Source of the DNA: a virus | Virus record (IMG/VR): IMGVR_UViG_3300035556_000082 | Location: 1 to 39,096 of that record | Strand: one strand, 5' to 3' | Length of the DNA stretch: 39,096 nt | In this document: piece by piece, positions 1 through 8,532 of the stretch | How the letters are laid out: every line of letters starts with the position of its first letter | How positions within the stretch are numbered: the stretch's first letter is position 1 | Program-made: the position numbers and the translations under genes | The notes under the pieces: model-generated | What the model was told of the DNA's origin: nothing | The model's database searches: none | Seen by the model: the letters and a program-made list of their open reading frames with translations, nothing else

Positions 1-3000
1 CCCCCTCCGGATGACGAAGATCCGAAAAAGCCGCCCCCGCCGCCGCCACCCACTCCGGCGAGCGCATCCTCCAGCCGGGCCGCCGCCGCGTCTACTCGCG
101 AAAAGAAATTCGAGCCCGCCGAGTACACATCAGATCGGAATTTCGACGATACCGCAAACCCCTGCTCCCGGAACGCCGTCCCGGCGTCGGATATCTGGCC
201 TCTCAGGGTGGTCGAGGTCGTGACGAGATAGTCCCCGGCCTGGCGGCCCGACGCCACGAAGGCAGTTCCTGCGGCCCGGATAGCCTCGGCCGCCTCTCTT
301 CCTTTAAGGTTTACGGTAGCCTCTATTTCTGACTCGGCCCCGTCCCCTATGGTGGGAATGATCGGCATCTCGACCGCCGTCTCGAACGCGGAATCGCTCA
401 GGACGGGGACCACCGAAATTTCGAGAGGCTCATCAGCCGAGAACCCCGACTCCTCGATCAGTCGAGTTTTGGCGTCCTCGTCTATCTTCCATTGTGCATA
501 CAGTTCTACTGCATATTCGACCTGACCGGGCCGGTACTGATCAGGATTCGCCAGGATCTCCTCGAAATACTTTTTCGAGTTCATGATCCCGGAGGGCTGG
601 AACATCTGATTTTTGGGGTCCTCCTGCCACTTCGCGAAGTCTGACATGGCCCCGCAAGCGCACGCAAGAGACGCATCTACCTGCTCCCCCCAGTTCTTGA
701 TCTCCTTCTTAGATTTCCCTACTTCGTCCGTTATCGATTTGTAGTAGTCTGCTATCCCCCGAATGGAGCTCAGGGGAATATCGGTGTATAGGTGGAGAAG
801 GTTGATGGCCTCCTCCACCACCTGATTTTCATGTTTCCCGGCATTCGTCACGATATCGAAGGCCCGGGCCAGATCTCCCTGGTATTCGGTCGCAGTCTCG
901 ACCGCATAATGCAGATCTACCAGGTCATCCCGATACTTCCACAGCCCTATCTCAGCATCAGATCCTCCCCAGTCTTCCCAGAGGAGGGCCTCTCGGAAGG
1001 CCGAGACTTCGGGGGAGACCCCCACGTCCAGCTTCCCCCTCACATATACCGTATTCGCGGGGTCATTCAGATGCTGAGACAGATCCTCCAGAGCATCCTT
1101 ATACTCGATCGTCCCCAGCTGTCCGGCGGCTTCCAGAGCAGCCAACGTCTCCAGCTTCTCTTTCGCGCCCTCCCAGAACGCTACGGCCCCATCTCCCCCT
1201 AGCTCGGTGTATCTCTCTGGATCGAATACCTTGAGCCGCGAATATTCGGCCACCATCTCGGCGGCTTCGGTCCCGGATATCCAGCCGTCCGAGAAGGCTT
1301 TAGCGCCCGTCTTTCCCAGGTCCTCCATCGCCGTCTTCATGTCGCCGACGAATGCGCCCCCGCCCATCGCCTCCTGGAACGCTGATTCATAGGCGGCCTG
1401 GATCTCGGCTATCTGAGCCTGGGTCGGGGCGAGCTCCTCGGCGAACAGATCCCATGCAGACTTCCCGCCCGCTAGCTCCGCCTTGAGCTGGACGACGACG
1501 GCATCGTCGTCGAAGTATGTGGAGCTCCGGGCCGTCCTCATCGCCACGTCGAGCTGCCGAGGATCCATCGCAGCGTAGACCATCGGATACTCCGTCCGGA
1601 GCCACTCCTCGGCCGCTGCATACGATCCGAAGCCCTTCTGGACATTCCCCACCGATAGGAGGTACGGAGATCCCTTACTCTTGTTGTAGCCGAAGACGAT
1701 ATCCGATCCCCCGGCCGAGAACATTTCGCCGTATCTATAGCCCGATTGCTCTCTCCCCGAGTACTGGTTCCACATCTCCAGGGCTGCGAGGTCCCCCGAC
1801 GCCCCCAGGGCATACATCGACGCGATCTCCCTGGAGACTCCCGCTTTCGTCATCTCGGCGACGGCATCCCCAAAAGCTTTCCCGACCTTCTCCCCGGCGC
1901 CTTTCCCATCGACGGATTCTAGACCGGCCTGGACGCCTTCGGCGACCTCCGGGGCCGCCGCCTCGCCCATCTCCTCTCCTAGCTTGGCCCCGTACTCGAT
2001 GCCGAGCTTTTCGTCCAGCCAGCCAGTCAGCCGCCCGATAGCGCCTTTGGTTTCGGCTCCCTCGTCATCGACGCCACCGTAAAGCCACTTCCAGCCCTTC
2101 GCCCCCAGATCCATGAGTGCCTGAGTGATGCCGTTGATGTCCCCCATCATGTCGGTGAGAAACGGAAGAAGAACTGTCCCTATACTGGTAGCGGCAACAG
2201 ATATCTTCCCCTTAAAAATTTCTATCTGAGCATTTAGAGTTTCCTGCGATTTGGCGTAGGCTTCGTTAAGGCTGGAAGCGTTTTCCCACGCACCCGCGCC
2301 CGTTGCCAGGGCCGCATTGAGGCCCTCGATTTCCTTTGTGACCGGGTCGACCTTACCAACCAGCATCCCCATCATCTGGCCGCCAGTGGCTCCAAACTTC
2401 TGAAGAGCCTGCCCCTGTTCATCGATGGGCAATTCTGATATGGCAACGGCAAGCTCCTGGATGGTTCCGATGGCGTCCTCTCGGATGGCTTCCTGGAATT
2501 CGGTTGTGTCCATATCCAACATGGACGAGATGCCGCCCTTGTCATCCCTCATCATGTAATTGAGGGAATCACGTAAGGACTCGCCTGACGTCTCGGCGGT
2601 CATGCCGAACGCCTGAAGCTGGCCGACGAGAGCCGCCCACGCTGATAGCTGGCTTGGATCGGGCTTCAGCATCGCCATCTGAGCCGATACCTTTTTCATG
2701 CCGGTGACGATCGACTCTTCGGACGTAGCCATCGAGTCGGCGAGATCGTTGATGGTGGAGCCCATTCTGTTGCCGAACTCAGTCCATGACATCTCAGCGG
2801 GCTTGACGACCGACCCGATTTTCCCAATGGAATCACTTGCAGCATCCGCAGACATCCCCCACGCCGACGACATTTTCAAAACGACATTAGTATAATCGGC
2901 GATCTCGGACGCATCTATCCCCATCCGCCCGGCCCCGGCCGCTGCCCCGGTTATGTCGGCCATCGACGCGCCAGTTTCGCCTCGGATGGCGAGAAGTTCT

Positions 3001-3308
3001 TTGGATAGAGTCGCGAATTCGCTTGCGGTGGTGTCGGTCACCTTTTGGACATCTACCATCAATGTCTGCCACTGTGCTGCAGACCTGACCGACCCAACAA
3101 ACGCCGCCGATAACGCGACGACTCCAGCGGTGGCTCCGGCTATCGCTATTGTCACTGGATTGATCGACGATGCCAGACCAGCAAACGCCGACGAGGCGGA
3201 AGCTCCGAATCCAGTAACTTGCGCCTTCGCCCCGGCGAGGCCCGTCGTCAATCCGCCGGTGTCGACCCCTATCTCAATGAACGCCGCGCCGAGTTTTTCC
3301 GAGACCAT
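1..3308 (-). CDS. Tail tape measure protein, 5' part (continues across the origin; about 1201 aa in total)
   Basis: ATG at 3308 (MVSEKLGAAFIEIGVDT...), TP901-type core (DVQKVTDTTASEFATLSKELLAI), Ala/Gly-rich helical sequence. Frame was open in every segment I translated, and the ORF track lists no closed ORF from this start. Confidence 0.9.
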   Translation of the reverse strand, partial: MVSEKLGAAFIEIGVDTGGLTTGLAGAKAQVTGFGASASSAFAGLASSINPVTIAIAGATAGVVALSAAFVGSVRSAAQWQTLMVDVQKVTDTTASEFATLSKELLAIRGETGASMADITGAAAGAGRMGIDASEIADYTNVVLKMSSAWGMSADAASDSIGKIGSVVKPAEMSWTEFGNRMGSTINDLADSMATSEESIVTGMKKVSAQMAMLKPDPSQLSAWAALVGQLQAFGMTAETSGESLRDSLNYMMRDDKGGISSMLDMDTTEFQEAIREDAIGTIQELAVAISELPIDEQGQALQKFGATGGQMMGMLVGKVDPVTKEIEGLNAALATGAGAWENASSLNEAYAKSQETLNAQIEIFKGKISVAATSIGTVLLPFLTDMMGDINGITQALMDLGAKGWKWLYGGVDDEGAETKGAIGRLTGWLDEKLGIEYGAKLGEEMGEAAAPEVAEGVQAGLESVDGKGAGEKVGKAFGDAVAEMTKAGVSREIASMYALGASGDLAALEMWNQYSGREQSGYRYGEMFSAGGSDIVFGYNKSKGSPYLLSVGNVQKGFGSYAAAEEWLRTEYPMVYAAMDPRQLDVAMRTARSSTYFDDDAVVVQLKAELAGGKSAWDLFAEELAPTQAQIAEIQAAYESAFQEAMGGGAFVGDMKTAMEDLGKTGAKAFSDGWISGTEAAEMVAEYSRLKVFDPERYTELGGDGAVAFWEGAKEKLETLAALEAAGQLGTIEYKDALEDLSQHLNDPANTVYVRGKLDVGVSPEVSAFREALLWEDWGGSDAEIGLWKYRDDLVDLHYAVETATEYQGDLARAFDIVTNAGKHENQVVEEAINLLHLYTDIPLSSIRGIADYYKSITDEVGKSKKEIKNWGEQVDASLACACGAMSDFAKWQEDPKNQMFQPSGIMNSKKYFEEILANPDQYRPGQVEYAVELYAQWKIDEDAKTRLIEESGFSADEPLEISVVPVLSDSAFETAVEMPIIPTIGDGAESEIEATVNLKGREAAEAIRAAGTAFVASGRQAGDYLVTTSTTLRGQISDAGTAFREQGFAVSSKFRSDVYSAGSNFFSRVDAAAARLEDALAGVGGGGGGGFFGSSSSGG

Positions 3309-3332
3309 AGTTTAGGCTCCCATAACGATAAG

Positions 3333-3340
3333 CTTAAATA
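3333..3340. promoter_or_regulatory. Bidirectional archaeal TATA box (CTTAAATA / TATTTAAG)
   Basis: Centred between the ATG at 3308 (-) and the GTG at 3365 (+), about 25 nt from each. Confidence 0.55.
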
Positions 3341-3364
3341 GCAGTAGTGATATATGATATTGAT

Positions 3365-3526
3365 GTGATCCGGGGAAAGGCAAAGAATTACATGGGCCGA
3401 TATGAGGCGAGCCTGCGAAACTTCGCAAATCGCGTCAATGAAAAGCTCCCCGGCCGTTTCCACCTGGAATATGATAGTGTCGGTCCGAAGGGTGCATTGG
3501 GATACCGGCTCACTGATGAGGTGTAG
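3365..3526 (+). CDS. Small hypothetical protein (53 aa from GTG; alternative ATG at 3392)
   Basis: Manual translation MIRGKAKNYMGRYEASLRNFANRVNEKLPGRFHLEYDSVGPKGALGYRLTDEV; abuts the next gene. Confidence 0.45.
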   Translation: MIRGKAKNYMGRYEASLRNFANRVNEKLPGRFHLEYDSVGPKGALGYRLTDEV

Positions 3527-3528
3527 GG

Positions 3529-3834
3529 ATGGCGAAGTACACCGCCACCCTCACCGTAGCAATCTCTGCTGAGATTGCGGAGGAGATATACCAGGCCGCC
3601 CTCGAAGATGACGTCGGCCCGTCGGTGATGGGCCGAAAGCTCATCGAGGACGGGCTCGCCGTCCGGCATCTCCGAAGAGATCTCAGAGGAGTCGCCGAGA
3701 AGATATCACAGATGTACGTTATCAGCGCCCCCGAGGTCGCTGAAATGATCTGTGATCTAGCCAAAGACGGGTACTCTTCGGAGGAGATCGCCGAGCGGGT
3801 CAATGCAACGCTGAATGAGGAAAGGATGATATGA
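3529..3834 (+). CDS. Ribbon-helix-helix-like DNA-binding protein
   Basis: N-terminal beta strand (TLTVAI), then helix-turn-helix (AEIAEEIYQAAL..GPSVMGRKLIEDGL); GAGGTG RBS; ATGA coupling to the next ORF. Confidence 0.6.
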   Translation: MAKYTATLTVAISAEIAEEIYQAALEDDVGPSVMGRKLIEDGLAVRHLRRDLRGVAEKISQMYVISAPEVAEMICDLAKDGYSSEEIAERVNATLNEERMI

Positions 3835-4109
3835 CCTCCCCCTTCATCTTCGGCGTCCCGCCTAGAGCAATCGCCCGCGTCGTTCAATTCGAGAGTGACG
3901 TAATCCAGATATGTCATTACGTCGATCGGTCGGTTGATGACGTAATGGATCTGCTAATGGCTTTGCCCTATCCCAAGGATACCGTAGCCGGGTTTCTGCT
4001 CGAATCGCTCGCCGACGGCCTCGCCTTCGACGAGGCTCTATCGATTGTTAGAATCTCACCGCCGGAAGGATGGGATTATATGAGGCGGCTGGCGATGGAG
4101 CCGCGCTAA
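3831..4109 (+). CDS. Hypothetical protein (92 aa)
   Basis: Translationally coupled to the upstream ORF; protein-like composition. Confidence 0.6.
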   Translation: MTSPFIFGVPPRAIARVVQFESDVIQICHYVDRSVDDVMDLLMALPYPKDTVAGFLLESLADGLAFDEALSIVRISPPEGWDYMRRLAMEPR

Positions 4110-4420
4110 TCCGGCACCGGATGACCGAGGCGACGCGCCTTAGCGATCGCCTTTTCCCTCAAGCTTTTTTCAGCCTTCACCCCCTCTCCTCCAGGGAAGA
4201 GGTCAGCGAAGGACTTCGGGTTTTTGCCGAATAGGTTTCCGACGCACCGGCTTATGTCCCATGCCAGGATCTGCTGGTTCCGGGCGTCGGCCTCCTGCTG
4301 CCGCCTATGGCGATAGAGGAGAGGGAGCAGATCGTTTAGACAGTATCCGGCGGCTTCGTCGGGCCGGAGCCCGATCTCAAGGTAGGCGATCCGAGACCGC
4401 CAGAGAGGATTTTGGTTTTT
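4106..4420 (-). CDS. Tail assembly chaperone -1 frameshift extension (lambda gpT-like)
   Basis: -1 frame overlapping the chaperone 3' end; GLRPDEAAGYCLNDLLPLL resembles gpT-type segments; no credible independent start. Confidence 0.55.
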   Translation of the reverse strand, partial: KNQNPLWRSRIAYLEIGLRPDEAAGYCLNDLLPLLYRHRRQQEADARNQQILAWDISRCVGNLFGKNPKSFADLFPGGEGVKAEKSLREKAIAKARRLGHPVPD

Positions 4421-4854
4421 GCCTCCAGCCTCTTCATCAGATCCTCGATCTGATCCACCGTCTCGGCCTCCCTCTCCATCGCCCGGAGCTCGTCGGAGGT
4501 AGTCCAACTCTTCCTCATTGAGGCAGCATGAGAAGGGTCCTCCATCAGGGAATATGATTCGAGGATGTCCCTGGTGAGGTCGAGTCGTGATCCTTCATAT
4601 TTTGCCAGGGCCTCGTCCACCTCATCCCCCCGGAGCCCCGTTGCCGCCTCGATCGCCAGCCGAGATATCGGGGCAAGCGTGACGTACTGGGCCAAGATGA
4701 GTTGAGCTGGGAGGTATTTTTTTGAGATACCCGCCTCCGAAAGCCACTTGTTAGCCTCGGCCTCGAATCGTTCCACCCGCTGGAACGGCCAGGAAAGCTC
4801 GACCGGCTCGCCCATCTTTACGGTTATGCTTCTCAGTCCTTTTGCTTTACTCAT
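4336..4854 (-). CDS. Tail assembly chaperone (gpG-like)
   Basis: Position between the tail tube genes and TMP; helical 172-aa protein; AG-rich RBS. Confidence 0.65.
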   Translation of the reverse strand: MSKAKGLRSITVKMGEPVELSWPFQRVERFEAEANKWLSEAGISKKYLPAQLILAQYVTLAPISRLAIEAATGLRGDEVDEALAKYEGSRLDLTRDILESYSLMEDPSHAASMRKSWTTSDELRAMEREAETVDQIEDLMKRLEAKTKILSGGLGSPTLRSGSGPTKPPDTV

Positions 4855-5015
4855 ATTATTTTCTCCCTCGTTTCTGGGGGGTCTTAAGTATCGCCCCCCT
4901 ATCTGAAAGTCGCCCAGAACTTAAAATAACAATTCTGGATAATAATGTAATGCAAAGAGTTGAGGGAGCCCCTCATGCGAATTGCCTCATCAATTCGCCG
5001 TCATCGGGGATCTCC

Positions 5016-6023
5016 CTATGGCGTCTCTACCACGTGCCGGAGCGGGAAGTTATGGCCGCTCACCTTCAAGGTGGCTTTCGCCGGGTTGGATGGATCGCCC
5101 GCCCCGGTCACAGAATCGACGTAGCCGAATCCCAGGTACATCAGGCCATTATCATAATCCCGATAGAACGCGAAGACCTGCTTAACCCCTTTCATCCCGG
5201 CGAAGTCCAGCTCGGCAGCTCCACCGGCGAGAGTATAGGGTCCCGAATCGGCGACGACGCCCGCGCCCGTCTCCCCGGCAGCCCGCATCGCATAGACTCC
5301 CAGGGCCTGAACGTCGGCATTGGCGTTGATCGCGGCTATGACCTCGTCGGCGGTGGATATCGGAGATCCTAGATCGGTATCAAGATCGACGGTTATAGCG
5401 TTGGCGACGACGGTTACAGCAAGGGCCTCGGCGTCGTTATCCTGGAAGTCGATGGTGATGTTGTTCCCAGCCGTCCCGCCCGTTCGGTGGAGGACTCTGA
5501 TATGGCTGTTGGCCGCCCCCCCTGAAGTCGTGATCTCGGCGCATTTGGAGGCGACGAAAGCCTCGATGGTGGCGTTCCAATCATCCAGACCGGGGAACCG
5601 TTCGCGGGCCTCTTTCCCGAAGTCGGTTACTTCGTGCATCTCGGTCTTGTCTTCGAAGTCGGCATTGGTAGCCCCGAAGATCTCCGAGGCGACCATGTAC
5701 TTTCCGGTATGGCATCGGACGAGATCGCCTTCATCGAGACCCGAAGCTACGTAGATGTAGCCAGATGGATACCAGATGGCGTCAGGCGTCAGTGTCGCCC
5801 ACTCGCCCTCCCCCTCGTTCTGGAACTGGAATACTGGAACGGTGGAGTCGTTCATCATCCTCTTGGATGCGTCAGTGATTCTCCAGACGGTATACCGGGG
5901 ATAGCCCCCCCACTTTGAATCGGAGAAATCCACCTCCTCCATAGCCTCGTCGCTATAGTCCTGATCAGCGCCCGAGCCCCTGTAGACTCGGACATAAGAT
6001 CCCGGTGTCGGGCTCAGGGCCAT
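5016..6023 (-). CDS. Tail tube-like paralog with extra N-terminal and inserted domains
   Basis: EMHEVTDFGKEARERFPGLDDWNATIEAF aligns with EMQDITCDTNTARARYPGLDDGTVTASF of 6035..6418. Confidence 0.65.
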   Translation of the reverse strand: MALSPTPGSYVRVYRGSGADQDYSDEAMEEVDFSDSKWGGYPRYTVWRITDASKRMMNDSTVPVFQFQNEGEGEWATLTPDAIWYPSGYIYVASGLDEGDLVRCHTGKYMVASEIFGATNADFEDKTEMHEVTDFGKEARERFPGLDDWNATIEAFVASKCAEITTSGGAANSHIRVLHRTGGTAGNNITIDFQDNDAEALAVTVVANAITVDLDTDLGSPISTADEVIAAINANADVQALGVYAMRAAGETGAGVVADSGPYTLAGGAAELDFAGMKGVKQVFAFYRDYDNGLMYLGFGYVDSVTGAGDPSNPAKATLKVSGHNFPLRHVVETP

Positions 6024-6034
6024 ATCTCATCGCC

Positions 6035-6418
6035 TCACGTTTCGGTGATCCCGCCACTGACTGCGAATGTTACGTCCATCTTCTGCACGTCGCCGGGACC
6101 GCCGGGCCTCTTGATCGATTCGACGTAGGCGGAGAAGCTGAAGGTCCGAGTCCCCTTCACAACGCTATAAGCCAGAAGCGTATGCGCTGGTTTGGAAGCC
6201 CTGATCTTATCTTGCCCGGCGTCGTCGTCGTCCTCGATGAAGCTGGCGGTTACGGTCCCGTCATCCAGGCCCGGATACCTCGCCCTAGCGGTGTTCGTAT
6301 CGCAGGTGATATCCTGCATCTCTATCTTGTCGTCCACATCACAAGAGACGCATCCGAGCGCAACGGAGGAGTCTACCGTGAAGGTCAGAGTCGCCAATCC
6401 GTCTGGTGCTAATACCAT
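6035..6418 (-). CDS. Major tail tube protein
   Basis: 127 aa, beta-rich, follows the terminator-like gene; tube-type motifs (R.rypGL.DG.v, F.F.AYV.S). Confidence 0.7.
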   Translation of the reverse strand: MVLAPDGLATLTFTVDSSVALGCVSCDVDDKIEMQDITCDTNTARARYPGLDDGTVTASFIEDDDDAGQDKIRASKPAHTLLAYSVVKGTRTFSFSAYVESIKRPGGPGDVQKMDVTFAVSGGITET

Positions 6419-6434
6419 TTTTCAATCACCTCAT

Positions 6435-6800
6435 TTAATCCGCTATGCAGCGGATGACTCTAAAATCGATCATGAATACGTGCCGCCCGTTCTCGTCCAC
6501 ATAATGATCGGGGTGGCGGCCCTCCCAGATCATCGCCACTGAATGACCGAACGCCGTCATCTTGTGGAGCGCGTCCCGGATCGCCAGGGCGTCGGTTTGG
6601 GCCGTCTCCAGGGACGCCCGCCTCACCTGGATCTGGACGCGTGGCTTCTCGATATCGCCCCCGGAGACGATGTAGCCAGATCCCCCGGCCGGAAAGATGG
6701 CAATCTGTGAGGCGCTGGACTCGTCGAAGCCGTATGCCCGGATGTTGGTATATCCGGCGGCGGCGAGGGCGTCGGCTACGTCTTTGACGACCGGATTCAT
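6435..6800 (-). CDS. Tail terminator / tail completion protein
   Basis: 121 aa with PRVQIQVRRAS and a C-terminal VFMIDFRV strand, immediately upstream of the tube gene. Confidence 0.65.
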   Translation of the reverse strand: MNPVVKDVADALAAAGYTNIRAYGFDESSASQIAIFPAGGSGYIVSGGDIEKPRVQIQVRRASLETAQTDALAIRDALHKMTAFGHSVAMIWEGRHPDHYVDENGRHVFMIDFRVIRCIAD

Positions 6801-6801
6801 A

Positions 6802-6972
6802 CTACTTTTTCACCTCATCCATCAATTCCTCAATCGCTTCCAACCAGCGATGATGATATACATCCAGCCATAATTTCAACGTAATAAGCAACGTTGCCAT
6901 CAGCAAGCAAAAAATACCGGCACATGACCCGTAGAGAATCGCAATATCTCTCGCCGGATCATCGCCGATCAT
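6802..6972 (-). CDS. Small single-TM protein (56 aa)
   Basis: Manual translation MIGDDPARDIAILYGSCAGIFCLLMATLLITLKLWLDVYHHRWLEAIEELMDEVKK; fills the gap and supplies the GAGGTG RBS of the next gene. Confidence 0.55.
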   Translation of the reverse strand: MIGDDPARDIAILYGSCAGIFCLLMATLLITLKLWLDVYHHRWLEAIEELMDEVKK

Positions 6973-7270
6973 CTCGTATGCAAGGCCGCCGGTTGAGGGT
7001 TGTGTTCATCTCGGAAACGTCTTTGCCGATTCGTTCCGCCCGCTGGTCGTGATCGTCAAACTTCTTTTCGGTATCGCACTTGTAGTCTTTGAGGGCCTGG
7101 ACGATATCGTTCATTTTCGACAGTATGTTATCCTGAAACCTCTGGTTTTGGGCGATGATCATCTTCAAAGCCCAGATGAAGGCTCCGATCAGGGAGAAGA
7201 CGAGGACGGCGATCAGGACGAGATTGAAGTCTCCCCCCGTCGCTTCCAGGAGGGCGTCCTCCCCCACCAT
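6959..7270 (-). CDS. Single-TM plus coiled-coil protein, holin-like
   Basis: TM LVLIAVLVFSLIGAFIWAL followed by a charged coiled coil; architecture like BhlA-type holins. Confidence 0.55.
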   Translation of the reverse strand: MVGEDALLEATGGDFNLVLIAVLVFSLIGAFIWALKMIIAQNQRFQDNILSKMNDIVQALKDYKCDTEKKFDDHDQRAERIGKDVSEMNTTLNRRPCIRDDRR

Positions 7271-7456
7271 CTATCCCCCTCCTCGGATCTTCTCCGCCAG
7301 CGCCGGAGCATGACCGGCGAAGTAGAATCCGATGACCATCCCAAACATCTCGGGCGGGATGACTCCAGGGCGAAGGACATATCCGAGCGTGATCGCCGCA
7401 GCCAGGATGAACCGCTTCGATATCAGCTCCTTTTCTACATAGTCTCCGGCTGGCAC
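7271..7456 (-). CDS. Small two-TM protein, holin-like
   Basis: SKRFILAAAITLGYVL and MFGMVIGFYF hydrophobic segments. Confidence 0.55.
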   Translation of the reverse strand: MPAGDYVEKELISKRFILAAAITLGYVLRPGVIPPEMFGMVIGFYFAGHAPALAEKIRGGG

Positions 7457-7656
7457 TATTTCATCCCCATCAACTCGTCATATGCCGCCTTCACGTCGGG
7501 GCGGGCCATCTGATCCTGATAATCCGTACATAGGCATTCGAGGGCTACGTGAGCCTTCCAGCCATCGACCCTCGTCTTGCGGGTGGCCGGATCCTCGATC
7601 TGCTGCGCCATCTCGATATCGCGCCGATGCTGGCGGATTTCGGCGAGGAGATCCAT
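7456..7656 (-). CDS. Hypothetical protein (66 aa)
   Basis: Coupled within the minus-strand operon. Confidence 0.6.
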   Translation of the reverse strand: MDLLAEIRQHRRDIEMAQQIEDPATRKTRVDGWKAHVALECLCTDYQDQMARPDVKAAYDELMGMK

Positions 7657-7657
7657 C

Positions 7658-8035
7658 TCACTCCTCCCCTGTCGGCTCAGTCAGGGCATACTCGTATAGC
7701 CCCGCGGCCTTGAGCCGGTCGGCCATGGCATCCACCGGATCCACCCGGTGACCCATGCCCTTCGTCCAGCTGATCCACTCGGCCCGCCTCATACCCCGCG
7801 AGGTCCCCGGGACGGGCCCGCACTGGGGGGAGGCCATGTAGCGGAGGCCAGAGTGGCGGCCACCTGTGAATCCTGCGGGCGTGAAGATCGCGCCCTCGTC
7901 GTCGGTGCATCCCAACTTTTTCGTCGGGGCCATGGAGCAGCCTTCGAGCTCCTCCAGCATCCCGCCGCCGCAGCCCCCCTGATCGCAGGAAGTGAGGCCC
8001 GTCGTCGGACAACATCCTATCTTTTCTTTTGCCAT
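7658..8035 (-). CDS. Cys/Gly-rich hypothetical protein (125 aa)
   Basis: GCCPTTGLTSCDQGGCGGG...GCS...GCT...QCG (7 Cys); tightly packed in the operon. Confidence 0.6.
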   Translation of the reverse strand: MAKEKIGCCPTTGLTSCDQGGCGGGMLEELEGCSMAPTKKLGCTDDEGAIFTPAGFTGGRHSGLRYMASPQCGPVPGTSRGMRRAEWISWTKGMGHRVDPVDAMADRLKAAGLYEYALTEPTGEE

Positions 8036-8037
8036 TC

Positions 8038-8532
8038 TCAGACCTCCTCAATCAGCAGTTCGGGCGGGATCTTGTCCGAAGTCGCAGACGAGTTCACGTC
8101 GAAGCTGCCGACCATGTCCACCTCGGCGAGGTATGCTGGTTTTCCGCGGCAGCCTATCGTCTGGATGATCCTCTCCCGGTAGGTCCCGACTCCCTGGAGG
8201 GCATAGATCGAGACGTTCCCGGCCACCCGCGTCCTCGCGGCGATCGCCGATGCGCCGGATACCTGCGCTAGATGAGATAGCCCGAAATTCCCGATCATCC
8301 GGAACGATCCACTATCACCGTCCATATCCAGGCCCGCGAAAGCGCCGGATCCCGTCAAAATCTGGCCGTATGCCATCGAAGCGTTGCGGCCCCCGGCGGC
8401 CACCGTCTGGCCGCCGAGGCCGGACCGGATCTGGAAGTCCCCGTCCCCGGCGTAGTCGCCCCTGATCTCCACTCCGGCGGCCGGGGCGATCACGGCCGCC
8501 AGGATTGCCAGGATGATTATTTTAGGATTCAT
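8038..8532 (-). CDS. Predicted secreted protein with signal peptide
   Basis: MNPKIIILAILAAVIAPAAG|VE, Sec-type signal; beta-rich mature part. Confidence 0.65.
   Translation of the reverse strand: MNPKIIILAILAAVIAPAAGVEIRGDYAGDGDFQIRSGLGGQTVAAGGRNASMAYGQILTGSGAFAGLDMDGDSGSFRMIGNFGLSHLAQVSGASAIAARTRVAGNVSIYALQGVGTYRERIIQTIGCRGKPAYLAEVDMVGSFDVNSSATSDKIPPELLIEEV

Noticed and set aside
5215-5545. Contractile (myovirus) tail inferred from the sheath-like segment
   Set aside because: The segment is embedded in a tube-like protein; no sheath or baseplate wedge genes were seen and the TMP is long
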